Part shown: positions 38,870-48,590 of the stretch, one piece after another | Numbering within the stretch: position 1 is the first letter of the stretch | Layout: each line of letters begins with the position of its first letter | NCBI GenBank assembly: GCA_963664405.1 | Contig: OY761158.1 | Span: 5,504,001 to 5,568,000 of the forward strand | DNA from: Thermoanaerobaculia bacterium | Lineage (GTDB): Bacteria > Acidobacteriota > Thermoanaerobaculia > Multivoradales > Multivoraceae | DNA: 64,000 bases | Direction: 5' to 3' | Program-made: the position numbers and the translations under genes | The notes under the pieces: model-generated | The model's database searches: none | What the model was told of the DNA's origin: nothing | Seen by the model: the letters and a program-made list of their open reading frames with translations, nothing else

Positions 38870-39647
38870 TCACTGTTGCCAGTAACGGTCGCTCTTGAAC
38901 CAGGCACGGATCGGGATCAGCTCGCCTGTGATCAGGTCCGAGGCCGGTGAGGCAAGAAAGAGGGCGAGGTCGGCGACACTCTCCGGCGTGGGAGGTAGCT
39001 CGAGGGGAGGGACGGCGGATCCGTCTTCGTTTTTCCCTGAAGGGATGATGTTGTAGCCCTTGAGCTCTTCGGTGGCGATCAGGCCGGGCAGAATGCAGTA
39101 CGTTGATGTTGTGCTTTGCCCACATGAAGGCCAGATTGTTGGTCAGGCTGAGCACTCCGGCCTTGGCGGCGGAGTAGTGAAGCTGCCCTGGATTGCCCTT
39201 GGACCCGGCTGTGGACGAGACGTTGATGATCTTGCCGGCTCCTTGCTCGATCATCTGCTTGCCGGCTGCGATACAGCTCAGGAAGGCGCCGGTGAGATTC
39301 AGGTCGACTACGCGGTTCCATTCGTCGATTGGGGTCTCTTCCGCTTTGTGGCTCGCGCCCCACCGCCCGGCACAGGTAACGATGACGTCGACTCGACCGA
39401 ACTTGTCGACGGTCTGAGCGATCATATTGTCGACTTGCTCAGGAGCTGTGATGTCGACCGCGACCGCGAACGCAGTGCCGCCCTCGGCTTCGATGTCGGC
39501 GACGACCTTGTTCAGGTTTTCCAGGTTGCGGCTGGCGACGACCACGTTCGCGCCCGCCTCGGCGTAGGTCTTGGCGATATGAAGACCGATCCCGCCGGCG
39601 CCGCCGGTGACGATTGCGGTTTTCTCGTGGAGCTCGAATTTCGACAT
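38870..39647 (-). pseudogene. SDR family oxidoreductase with a frameshift near 39100
   Basis: TGGAGGIG, NVSS, YSAAK; after HNINV the expected CILPGLIAT...VADLALFLASPASDLITGE continues in another frame to a TGA at 38870. Confidence 0.75.
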
Positions 39648-39725
39648 GTTTATCTCCAATTGCAGTCTGCTAACCGACATTCAAGAAGGGGAAGACGACC
39701 GAGCCAGTGTTGAGTGGCGACAAGC

Positions 39726-40769
39726 CTACAGGCCGGCCAGCGCTTCTCGTGCGGCGTTGGCGAAGCCCTCGACCCTGACGCGGTAGTGATCGGTGTCGAG
39801 GTCTCCGGCCATCTTGCCGCGTAGATAGCGGTCGAGGACACCTTCGGCGATCGCGGCAGAACGCCAGTGTTGGAAGGCGCGGTAGTAGGGCATGAGATCC
39901 GTCGAGCGGCCCGAGAGCTCGGAGTACCGCTCGAGGAAGGTCTCGCGCGAAGGAAAGCCGCCCGCGGCGGTGGGCGGCGGTGTACCGTCGGCACTCATCA
40001 GCGCGACCTCGCCCGGTTCGTCCCAGTTGTTCAAGACGTAAGCGACATCGGCGAGTGGGTCGCCGAGGGTACACAGCTCCCAATCGAGGACTGCGGCGAT
40101 TCGACCCTCGGGAGTGGCCAGCATGTTGCCGAGGCGGTAGTCGCCATGGACGATGGTGGCGCCGATCTGCTCGGGCAGGAGCTCGGCCAGGCCGCTCGAC
40201 ACCTCTTCCATGACCGCGAGCTCGCGGGTCTTGGAGTCGTTCCACTGCCGCGTCCAACGCTTGAGCTGGCGTGCCAGGTAGTTTTCTTTGCGCCCCAGGT
40301 CACCGAGGCCGACCGCATCGACGTCTACCGTGTGTAGCTCGCTCAGGACCTGGATGACGTCACTGCCCAGCCGCTGCCGCCCCTCGGTGTCGAGGAGCGC
40401 TTGGACCGTGGCCGCATTCTCGAGCACGTGCCCGGAGACCCAGGCCATGATGTAGAAGGGCGCGTCGTTGACCGACTCGTCGGTGCACAGGCCGAGCGCG
40501 GGGGGCACCGGGACGGCGGTGGGGCCGAGGGCGGCAATGATGCGATGCTCGCGCCCCATATCGTGCGCGGTGGCCAGCAGGGTCCCTAGAGGTGGCCGAC
40601 GGAGTACCCAGGCATTGCCACGGGTGTCCTCGAGCTTGAAGGTCAGGTTCGAGTGGCCGCCTTTGATGCGCTCGAAACGCAGAGGCCCCTCCAGTCCCTC
40701 GATATGGCTCTCGAGCCACTCCGTCACCGGCCCCGGCTGGATGCCGGGAATCTTTTCGGGTTGGATCAT
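39726..40769 (-). CDS. APH/phosphotransferase family protein (ACAD10/11 N-terminal-like)
   Basis: GGHSNLTF, VLRRPP, HDMGRE, VHGDYRLGN, VLDWELCTLGDPLAD. Confidence 0.88.
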   Translation of the reverse strand: MIQPEKIPGIQPGPVTEWLESHIEGLEGPLRFERIKGGHSNLTFKLEDTRGNAWVLRRPPLGTLLATAHDMGREHRIIAALGPTAVPVPPALGLCTDESVNDAPFYIMAWVSGHVLENAATVQALLDTEGRQRLGSDVIQVLSELHTVDVDAVGLGDLGRKENYLARQLKRWTRQWNDSKTRELAVMEEVSSGLAELLPEQIGATIVHGDYRLGNMLATPEGRIAAVLDWELCTLGDPLADVAYVLNNWDEPGEVALMSADGTPPPTAAGGFPSRETFLERYSELSGRSTDLMPYYRAFQHWRSAAIAEGVLDRYLRGKMAGDLDTDHYRVRVEGFANAAREALAGL

Positions 40770-40848
40770 GCGGCGGCAATCATACGTGCTGCGATCGCCT
40801 TTGCAGATGCTTGTTTGTGCATATCTCCGGTTGCTACTATTTCGTACC

Positions 40849-42396
40849 GTGCCGGAACCTGAGAAGGGAGTAGCGTCCGATCCCAAGCGTATCGGCAAGT
40901 ACGATGTCGTCGAGCGGATCGCAGATGGGGGCTTCGCGGTGCTCTACAAGGGCTACGACCCCTTTCTCAAGCGGTCGGTGGCGATCAAGGTCTGCGTCTC
41001 GCAGGACGCCGAGCTGCGCCAGCAGTTTCTACGCGAGGCGGAGATCGCGGGACAGCTCGATCATCCGAATATCGTTCGTACTTTCGATTTCGGCTTCGAA
41101 TCCGCCGGCCCTTTCTTGATCCAGGAGTATCTCGAAGGAGAGGATCTCGAGCACAAGATCAAGCGGGGGGACGAGCTCAGTCTGCGCGGAAAACTGGGGC
41201 TCTTACAGGAGGTAGCCGAGGGACTTGCCTACTCCCACGACAGGGGAGTCCTGCACCTCGATATCAAGCCGGCGAATATTCGCCTCCCCGAGGCTGTCGA
41301 TGGGTCTTCCAGCGGCGTCAAGATCCTCGACTTCGGCATCGCCAGACTGGCCTCGAGCGGCGCGGAGGACAAACTCGATGGCATGGTCGGCACCGCCGGC
41401 TACGTGCCTCCCGAGCAGATTTCCGAAGGCGAAGTGGATGCGAGATCCGACGTCTTCGCCTTTGGCGCCGTTGCATATGAGCTGATCACCCATCGGCGAC
41501 CGTTTTCGGGGGCGACGGTCCCGGAGCTCTTGAAACAGGTCTTGGAAGGTCGCTCCTTGCCGCTGCTGCAAACGTGGGCGGATTGCCCGGAGTCGGTCGC
41601 CGGTCTCGTCGATCGCTGCTTGGAGAGCGACCCGGCCTCCCGCTATCAGAGCTTCGAGGATCTGCTTGCCGATCTGAGGTCGATCCTGGCCTATTTCCCC
41701 GCCCCCGAAGAGGCCGAAGAATGGGTGGTGGTGGCAGCTCCGGAGGAGTCACTGGCGGCGGATCCGTCGGGCGTCGAGGAGTCGCTGCCGGAAGAACAGC
41801 CGCTGATCTCAGAGCTCGAGGATGACGGGGATGAGGAAGCGGCTACCGCTCAGCCTATCGAGCAGGGGGGGGCCGTCGAGGAGGGCGGAGCGCAGGATCG
41901 TGCTCCAAGCCCGGACGGTGTGGTTGCAAGCGAGCCGGTAGAGGGCCGGCACGGCAGTCGTTCGAGGGCGGTGGGGTGGTTGGTGGTGGCGGCCACGACG
42001 GTGATCGCAGTGGTGACTCTAGTTGGCAGGCTGGTCCCCGAGAGCGAAGAAGCGCCGACGCTCGCTGAGCGGGTGCTGACGGTGACGAGTGCTCCGTCAG
42101 GGGCGGGTCTGACGAGTCGGCAGGGGGTGTTGGTGGTCTCCGCCGTCCCCTGGGGTGAGGTCCGAGGCGTTGTTGGCGCGAATGGAGCGAGGGTAGAGCT
42201 TCCGTCCACGGCGGTAACACCGCTGCGCATCGTGCTGCCTCCCGGGTCCTACCGGGTCGAGGTGGTGGGGGCCGAGACCGACGAGGCGTGGACCTGCGAT
42301 GCGCATATCGTCGAGGGGGCCACTCACATCTGCCACGCGACCCTGGGCAGCGTCGGGGTCACCCAGTATTGGAAGGAGATGGGCTGGTGGCGCTAA
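40849..42396 (+). CDS. Membrane-anchored Hanks-type Ser/Thr protein kinase
   Basis: GGFAVLY, VAIK, HLDIKPAN, DFG, GTAGYVPPEQ, TM helix and C-terminal PEGA-like region. Confidence 0.88.
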   Translation: MPEPEKGVASDPKRIGKYDVVERIADGGFAVLYKGYDPFLKRSVAIKVCVSQDAELRQQFLREAEIAGQLDHPNIVRTFDFGFESAGPFLIQEYLEGEDLEHKIKRGDELSLRGKLGLLQEVAEGLAYSHDRGVLHLDIKPANIRLPEAVDGSSSGVKILDFGIARLASSGAEDKLDGMVGTAGYVPPEQISEGEVDARSDVFAFGAVAYELITHRRPFSGATVPELLKQVLEGRSLPLLQTWADCPESVAGLVDRCLESDPASRYQSFEDLLADLRSILAYFPAPEEAEEWVVVAAPEESLAADPSGVEESLPEEQPLISELEDDGDEEAATAQPIEQGGAVEEGGAQDRAPSPDGVVASEPVEGRHGSRSRAVGWLVVAATTVIAVVTLVGRLVPESEEAPTLAERVLTVTSAPSGAGLTSRQGVLVVSAVPWGEVRGVVGANGARVELPSTAVTPLRIVLPPGSYRVEVVGAETDEAWTCDAHIVEGATHICHATLGSVGVTQYWKEMGWWR

Positions 42397-43658
42397 TCCG
42401 TTGCTCCGCCGCTCTCGGCGAAGAGCTTCGGGGCTGGTCCCCGTCGTGGCTGCTTGGCTTGGTTGTGCTTCTGGCCCTCGGCTTGTCGGCGACTCCTGTC
42501 TCCGCACAGTTCCTGGCGCACTACAAAGCCGGAGTCGAGGCGGTGAGTGCGGAAGATTGGGAAGCCGTTGCCGATCTCATGTCCAAAGCGATCGAAGAAC
42601 GCCCCGAAGAGAGAAACCGTCTCCCGGCTCGATTCTACATGCGCGCCTACATTCCCCACTTCTACCTGGGCGTCGCCCGTCATCGTCTCGGCGATTGTGA
42701 AGGCGCTCTCGAGGCATGGGCGAATTCGGAGGGGCAGGGAGTTCTGCCGGGCTTGGAAAGCGCGATGCGGTTGGTGGCGGTGGGCCGCGAGGCTTGCCAG
42801 CGTGAAGACGAGCTCGCGGTGGCGCTGGCGGACGCGAAGAAGGAGCTCGCGGCCGCATCGGTCGGGGCTGCGGCCCTCCTCAATTTGGCGCGGCGCGATT
42901 TCACCAGGGATGTCTGGGAGGTCGGAGATCCAGCGCCTGCGGTTCGTCACAGAGAGGGATTGGGCCTGCTTGCGGAGTCCCGAAGGCATTTGGCCACCCC
43001 ACAGCCGACCCTCGCGGACGTTCGAGAGGCACAGACCTCGATTCGTCGAGCCAACCAGCTCTTCGAGACACTGCGCGTCGACGTGCTTGACCTGACCGAG
43101 CAGAGGGAGCGGGCGATAGGGACGAGTCAGAAGGGGGTCGGCGAGCTCGGTGATCGAGCCCGAAGCATTCTCGCGCAGACCGAGTATTTAGCTCCCTATC
43201 CAACGCGGATTGGGCGTGCGCGTACAGAGCTCGAGGCGTTGGTCGGAGAGGTGGAACGGAGGAGCTCGGTGATCGAGAGCGACTATCTCGCGGGGCTCAA
43301 TTTCAGACTCCGCAACTCGCTCTCCGATCTCGAGTCGGCGGCCGAGCCTCCATCGAAGGTGCTCAGCTCGGCGGCCGAGGCATTCATCGTCGGCAGATAC
43401 GATGAAGCGGTCGAGACCTTGGATGCGGCCAGACTTCCGGACCGGCGCTCCCGCGCTCACGCTTCGTTGCTACTGGCTGCCGCGCGGTACGCCCTCTTCC
43501 TCGACGGCGGGCAGGTCGACAGCAGGCTGTTGGAAGCCGCCGTCGAAGAAGTGCGTGCGTGCCGAGGGGCGGACCGGAGCGTGACTCCCTCGTCGCGGAT
43601 CTTCTCGCCGCGCTTCGTCGAATTTTTTGCCGAGAGCGCTGCCTCGGGTAGCGGTTAG
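42387..43658 (+). CDS. Exported TPR-like helical hypothetical protein
   Basis: Signal-like N-terminus, YIPHFYLGVARHRLGDC, FSPRFVEFF C-terminus; coupled to the kinase gene. Confidence 0.6.
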   Translation: MALIRCSAALGEELRGWSPSWLLGLVVLLALGLSATPVSAQFLAHYKAGVEAVSAEDWEAVADLMSKAIEERPEERNRLPARFYMRAYIPHFYLGVARHRLGDCEGALEAWANSEGQGVLPGLESAMRLVAVGREACQREDELAVALADAKKELAAASVGAAALLNLARRDFTRDVWEVGDPAPAVRHREGLGLLAESRRHLATPQPTLADVREAQTSIRRANQLFETLRVDVLDLTEQRERAIGTSQKGVGELGDRARSILAQTEYLAPYPTRIGRARTELEALVGEVERRSSVIESDYLAGLNFRLRNSLSDLESAAEPPSKVLSSAAEAFIVGRYDEAVETLDAARLPDRRSRAHASLLLAAARYALFLDGGQVDSRLLEAAVEEVRACRGADRSVTPSSRIFSPRFVEFFAESAASGSG

Positions 43659-43673
43659 AGGGCGCCCGGCAGC

Positions 43674-44069
43674 TCAGTGCACCGCTCGGCCAGGGCCGGA
43701 GGTGCTGGGATCCTCGAAGCCGTGAGAGAGAACGAAGAAATAGGCGGCGAAGCGGTCGCGCTCGTTCTCCGAGATGAGCTCGAAGATGAACTCTCCGTCA
43801 TGGTCTCCTTCGTAGCCCTGGATGTAGGCCACATTCTCCGTCTGGAGGATCAGCTCGCTCATCAGGCGCTTGCCGCGGATGAGCTGGACCACCATGATCT
43901 CGGTCCCTTCGCTGTCGAAGTGCCAGTGGAGATCATCGTCGTCGTAGATCGCGGTGTCGGGCGTGCCCGCGCGCAGAATGCAGTTCGGATGAGTGCGGAG
44001 CCAGCTCCAGAACTCGTCGAAGGAGAGCGTCGGTGTTTGCCGCTCGCGAGTAGTCGGATCAAGAACCAT
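43674..44069 (-). CDS. Acidic conserved hypothetical protein
   Basis: Protein-like composition (FDEFWSWLRTHPNCILRAG...HWH); TAGGAT box 9 nt upstream of ATG. Confidence 0.65.
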   Translation of the reverse strand: MVLDPTTRERQTPTLSFDEFWSWLRTHPNCILRAGTPDTAIYDDDDLHWHFDSEGTEIMVVQLIRGKRLMSELILQTENVAYIQGYEGDHDGEFIFELISENERDRFAAYFFVLSHGFEDPSTSGPGRAVH

Positions 44070-44125
44070 AATCTGCGTATCCTAGCCGGGAGTCGAAATC
44101 TGCGCCAGCCGGTGGCTGGTCTCCG

Positions 44126-44896
44126 CTAGGCGATGCTTCTGCCGCCATCGACATCGAGACAGACACCGGTGAGGAAACAGGCGTCGTCCGAGGCCAGGAA
44201 GAGCACTGCGGCGGCTACGTCGCTCGGTTTGGTCAGGCGGCGCAGAGGGATCCCTTTCTCCAGTGCCTCGCGAGCGCGGTCGGGTAGCGAGCTTCCGCCA
44301 AAGGGGCCCTTCATGAAATCGGTGTCGGCGGCAACGGGGTTTACGGCGTTGACCCTGACCTTGTCCCTGGCCAGCTCACCGGCGAGGCCGCGCGTCATCG
44401 TGAGCACAGCGCCCTTGGTGGCGTTGTAGGCCGTCACGTTCGGTCGTGGTCGGATGGCGCCGATCGAAGCGGTGTTGACGATCACGCCGCCGCCCTCGCG
44501 GAGGAGAGCGAGGCCGTGGACCACCGAAAGATAGACGCTCTTGGTATTGGTGGCGAACACCCGATCGTAGTCTTCCTCGGGGAGGTCGGCGAGAGGGGTG
44601 TTGGCGTGGGAGTAGCCGGCATTGTTGACGAGAACGTCGAGACCGCCGAAGGCCTCCTGTGTCCGCTCCACCAGGCGCTTCCAGTCGGCAGAGAGCGAGA
44701 CATCCGTGGCGACGAAGATCGCCTCGCCCCCAGCCCCTTCGATCTCCTGGACTACCTTGCCGCCGCCTTGCTCGTCGATGTCGGCGACGACGACGCGGCC
44801 TCCCTCGGCGACGAATCGTCGCGCGATGGCTTCGCCGAAGCCGCCCGCGGCACCGGTGACGATCGCGGTCCTACCCTCGAATCTGCGTTGACTCAC
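44126..44896 (-). CDS. SDR family oxidoreductase
   Basis: TGAAGGFG, LVNNAG, NTAS, YNATK, DVDGG. Confidence 0.9.
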   Translation of the reverse strand: MSQRRFEGRTAIVTGAAGGFGEAIARRFVAEGGRVVVADIDEQGGGKVVQEIEGAGGEAIFVATDVSLSADWKRLVERTQEAFGGLDVLVNNAGYSHANTPLADLPEEDYDRVFATNTKSVYLSVVHGLALLREGGGVIVNTASIGAIRPRPNVTAYNATKGAVLTMTRGLAGELARDKVRVNAVNPVAADTDFMKGPFGGSSLPDRAREALEKGIPLRRLTKPSDVAAAVLFLASDDACFLTGVCLDVDGGRSIA

Positions 44897-45053
44897 GAAG
44901 CGGCCTCTCTCTTTTCGGCTCACCGATCGAATCGGCAAGGGGATCTATGGTACTTCAGTGACCGAGGCCCCGGCATGCTGAGGAAGGCCTTGCACTACCT
45001 CTGCTATTTGTTCCGGCACTGTTGGGCTCGTAGATAGGTGGGGCTTCTGGCGG

Positions 45054-45737
45054 TCATTCGATGGCGAGGTTGTGGCCTACGACCTTGATGCGCATCGAAT
45101 TGCCCTGGAACCATGGGCCCGGGTTCACGATCTGGCTGTGCCCGATGTGGTCGCGACCGATCGACTCGTGGATGTGCCCACAGATGACCAGCTCGGGCTG
45201 ATAGCGCTCGATCGCCTCGCGTATAGCGTGGGAGCCTACGTGCCGACCTCGCGCCTGGTCACAGGCGGTGCCGTGGGGCGGTTGGTGACTGAGAAGCACC
45301 GTGGGTCCCGAAGCGTCGAGTGTCGCTGCCGCGGCGAACGCCTGGTCGGCAGCCGCCTCGAATTCCCCTTCGCTGCGCTCGTAGGGACAGCCCCCGAAGG
45401 GGAGTCCGCCGGAGATACCGACGAGTTTCAAGTCGCCGAACGAGCGGGCGGTGCGATCGAGGTCCAGCTCCTCGGCGGCGAGATAACCCTCGACTTCGGG
45501 CTTGTCGCAGTTTCCGCAAACGGCGAGTACCGCGACTTCGTCGGCGCGGAGCTCTTCGATGATGGCGCTCGCCTCCTCGACTCCACGGAAGTTGGTCAGG
45601 TCGCCGCCGAGGAGGACGAGGTCCACTCCCTGCACATCAGGAAGGTCGAGGGGTCGCGAGGGGGACCGATGAAGGTCGACGAGGGCGAGGATGGACAGCC
45701 CGGCGGCCTCGCTTCGCGGTGGCGGATCGTCCGGCAC
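45054..45737 (-). CDS. Calcineurin-like metallophosphoesterase
   Basis: DLH, GGDLT, GNCD, SHQPP, GHIHE, NPG. Confidence 0.88.
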   Translation of the reverse strand: MPDDPPPRSEAAGLSILALVDLHRSPSRPLDLPDVQGVDLVLLGGDLTNFRGVEEASAIIEELRADEVAVLAVCGNCDKPEVEGYLAAEELDLDRTARSFGDLKLVGISGGLPFGGCPYERSEGEFEAAADQAFAAAATLDASGPTVLLSHQPPHGTACDQARGRHVGSHAIREAIERYQPELVICGHIHESIGRDHIGHSQIVNPGPWFQGNSMRIKVVGHNLAIE

Positions 45738-45749
45738 GGGTCGTCGATG

Positions 45750-46133
45750 TTACTGGACGAGCAGGGTGCCTTTCATCATCCGACCGTGCAGCTCGCAGGT
45801 GTATTCGTGTCGGCCCGGCTGCGCAGGTGCGCGGAAGGACATCGTCATAGAGCTTCCGTCGCCGGGAAGCACGCTGCTTCTCAAACCAAGATCGGCGACT
45901 GTGAGGTCGTGATCGATGCCACGGTCGAGATTGATGAAAGTGAATCTGACCTCTTCGCGAGGGGCGAGCTTCAAGGTGGGGTTGGCGACGTCGCTGTCCG
46001 GCGTATAAAAGGCCATGTTTCGAGCGATCAGAGTGATCTCGTGCTCTGGAGCCGAGGCTCCGGCCATGAGAGCCAGAGCCGTCGCGACTAGAGCCAGCGC
46101 GGAGAGGGAGGCGGTCGTGATCTTCTTACCCAT
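45750..46133 (-). CDS. Exported cupredoxin-domain protein
   Basis: Signal peptide; HDL and YTCELHGRMM type-1 copper ligands. Confidence 0.82.
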   Translation of the reverse strand: MGKKITTASLSALALVATALALMAGASAPEHEITLIARNMAFYTPDSDVANPTLKLAPREEVRFTFINLDRGIDHDLTVADLGLRSSVLPGDGSSMTMSFRAPAQPGRHEYTCELHGRMMKGTLLVQ

Positions 46134-46142
46134 GATTCTTCC

Positions 46143-47336
46143 TCAGATCAACATGCCGGTTGCGTACATGAGAGCGAAGCCGGCCAGCAGTCCCCCCATG
46201 ACGGGGCGACTCCCGACTAGCGAGGCGATGGCTCGGGATCCCGCCACCTGGCGGGTGATTTGGGCTACTACCTGGGCGATGGCACCTGCCGCGATAGCCA
46301 AGAAAACCACCGACCACAAGAGCGAATAGACGATTCCACCGATCCAGGCGCCGGCGATCGTCGGTGCGCCGGCGACCAGGCCTACCAGCACGAAGTGGGT
46401 GATCGGAACGCGGCTGCCAACGAGTGGGGCGACGATGGCGAGCCCTTCGGTGGTGTTGTGCAAGGTGAAGCCGACGATCAAGAGCGCTCCGAGGCTGATC
46501 TCGCCAAGTCCGTAGGCGGCGCCGATGGCGAGGCCCTCTCCGAAGTTGTGGAGACCGATTCCGATGGCGATTAGAAGCGAAGTGATCCAGCCGGCTCTCT
46601 CTCCGCTGTACCTTCCTCGCAACCAGGCGCCGAGAGTCTCGATGCCCAGAAAGGAGAGTAGGGCGACACCGAGGAAGAGCACGGTCCCTTGGTAGGAGGC
46701 TGCGATCTCGCCGGCGGCCTCGAGCCCGTCTTCGACCGTGTCGATGAGTAGAAAGAGCAGAAGGCCAAGGGTGAGAGCCAGAACGAAGTCGAGTCCGCGG
46801 CGGCCGAGACGGCCGACCGCCGGGTACCAAAGGAGCCCCAGGGCTACCGGGATCACGCCAACATAGAGTCCGATCAGGGTAAATACCACGAAGAAGCGCC
46901 AGCTCGGAGTGGGAGTCTCGGTGGCGACTGCGATCTCGTGATCGAAGGTGATGCCGCTCGAGGTGATGACTCTGAGCTCGTGGGTCTCGGTCGCGACCCA
47001 GGGGTAGGGGATCTCGAGACGGGCCTGGTCGAGGTGAGAGAGCTCGCCGGCAGGTGTTTGCGAGAAGCTCCAGTAGGCCTCGTCAATAATCACTTGCGCG
47101 ATGGTTACCGGGTCGGGGCCGTCGTTCAGCATCGTTGCCGTGATGCCGTCCGGGGTGAGCTCCACTCGTTGGAAGACGAGCTCTTCCACTGGCGGTCTGT
47201 CGCCCCGAATCGCCTTTGCCGGGTCGGACTCCACTACCAGCCAGAGCAGACCGGCCAAGAGAAGCAGCGGAATCAGCGCCATCAACCAGACCGGCGCTCC
47301 GCTCTTGCCTCCTGCGGATTTCGATTCGTGAGACAT
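46143..47336 (-). CDS. ZIP (ZupT-like) metal transporter with N-terminal periplasmic domain
   Basis: GIGLHNFGEGLAIG and FTLHNTTEG signature pair; TGATG coupling to the oxidase gene. Confidence 0.85.
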   Translation of the reverse strand: MSHESKSAGGKSGAPVWLMALIPLLLLAGLLWLVVESDPAKAIRGDRPPVEELVFQRVELTPDGITATMLNDGPDPVTIAQVIIDEAYWSFSQTPAGELSHLDQARLEIPYPWVATETHELRVITSSGITFDHEIAVATETPTPSWRFFVVFTLIGLYVGVIPVALGLLWYPAVGRLGRRGLDFVLALTLGLLLFLLIDTVEDGLEAAGEIAASYQGTVLFLGVALLSFLGIETLGAWLRGRYSGERAGWITSLLIAIGIGLHNFGEGLAIGAAYGLGEISLGALLIVGFTLHNTTEGLAIVAPLVGSRVPITHFVLVGLVAGAPTIAGAWIGGIVYSLLWSVVFLAIAAGAIAQVVAQITRQVAGSRAIASLVGSRPVMGGLLAGFALMYATGMLI

Positions 47337-48379
47337 CAAGCGCTCTCTACGGCTTCGAAGAAGCCCATCCAACCGAGCTCGGCGAACTCGCTTTGGTGGG
47401 CGTGAAACATGAAGCGGCCGGGGTAGCGGAAGGTGGTCTCCAGAACCGCCCTCTCGCCCTGACAGAGCATCAGGGTGTCGGTCGTCTCGGAAGGCTCGAG
47501 TCGCGTCCCGGTGCGGATGACGTCGAAAAACATCCCGTGCAGGTGAAGGCTGTTGATGGGGTCGAACTCGGTCAGGTTGACGAGATAGATCCGAACCGGC
47601 TCTCCGACTTTCACCTGAATCGGCTCGGCCATGTGGTGGAAGCCGACGCTGTTGACGGCATAGACCTCGTTGTCGCCGTCGAAGTTGGTGTCGAAGCCGT
47701 TCATGATCATCACGATCTCGTCGGCAGGAGCGCGAGGAGTCTTCGGGTCGACGACGAAGGCCCCGTAGAGGCCCTTGTGGATGTGCCTCTTCAGCGGGAC
47801 CGCGTGACAGTGGTAGAGGTGCAGACCAAAAGGCTCGGCGTCGAACTCATAGAGGAACTCGTCGCCGGGTGCGACCTGATGCTCAGTGAGAGAGCCGTCC
47901 ATCTCGGGGCGGTGCCAACCGTGGAAATGCAGCGTATGAGGGTGTGATCCCTGGTTGACGAAGTGAATGCGGATGCGGTCGCCCTCGGTGGCGCGGAGAG
48001 TCGGGCCCGGCACTTGTCCGTTGTAGGTCCAGGCGGGGAAAAAGATTCCCGGCGCGATCTCGATCTCTCGATCGACCGAGAAGATCTCGTATTCGCGGAG
48101 CATGGTTCCGTCTTCTCGCGCTGTTTCCTTGTAGAACTGGCTCCTTTCCGATGCCGGTAGGTCGGAGAAGTTCCACGCCCGCAAGAAGGCCGTGGGGTCA
48201 AAGGACTCGGTGTCTACGCGGCCGACGGCTCCCATCGCATGGGTATGCAACCGACCCGCCATCGGCAAGTCGGCGCCTTGGCCGTGGCGCGACGCCACGA
48301 CGCCGACACCCGCCGTGAGGGAACCGAGTCCGGCCGCGCGTAGTATGGAGCGACGTGAGATTTGCCATTTCGTGAACAT
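47336..48379 (-). CDS. Tat-exported two-domain multicopper oxidase
   Basis: SRRSIL Tat motif; HTLHFHG, YHCH...H..KGL in domain 1; LHLHG and FHAH in domain 2. Confidence 0.88.
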   Translation of the reverse strand: MFTKWQISRRSILRAAGLGSLTAGVGVVASRHGQGADLPMAGRLHTHAMGAVGRVDTESFDPTAFLRAWNFSDLPASERSQFYKETAREDGTMLREYEIFSVDREIEIAPGIFFPAWTYNGQVPGPTLRATEGDRIRIHFVNQGSHPHTLHFHGWHRPEMDGSLTEHQVAPGDEFLYEFDAEPFGLHLYHCHAVPLKRHIHKGLYGAFVVDPKTPRAPADEIVMIMNGFDTNFDGDNEVYAVNSVGFHHMAEPIQVKVGEPVRIYLVNLTEFDPINSLHLHGMFFDVIRTGTRLEPSETTDTLMLCQGERAVLETTFRYPGRFMFHAHQSEFAELGWMGFFEAVESA

Positions 48380-48425
48380 TTTTTAGGGGATACGGGCGCA
48401 GCAGTCGAGGGCGCCTAGAAGTATT

Positions 48426-48441
48426 TTTTGACTAATCAAAA
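48426..48441. promoter_or_regulatory. Palindromic operator over the transcription start region
   Basis: TTTTGA-CTAA-TCAAAA inverted repeat abutting the -10 box in an AT-rich patch. Confidence 0.6.
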
Positions 48442-48469
48442 TTATAGCCATTGCAGGGCTCGGCGTCAA
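48441..48469 (-). promoter_or_regulatory. Sigma70-type promoter of the oxidase-ZIP-cupredoxin operon
   Basis: Minus strand TTGACG-17 nt-TATAAT. Confidence 0.8.
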
Positions 48470-48590
48470 CTTCTGGTGCCGGGCGTGGTTCGCACCAAGG
48501 CGCTCCAGCTAATCGGGGCTGGGTGTCATAGTATGGGGGCTCGCACCCAAGAAACTATCGGCCCGAGGGCTTGAAGAGGGGGCAGCTTCG

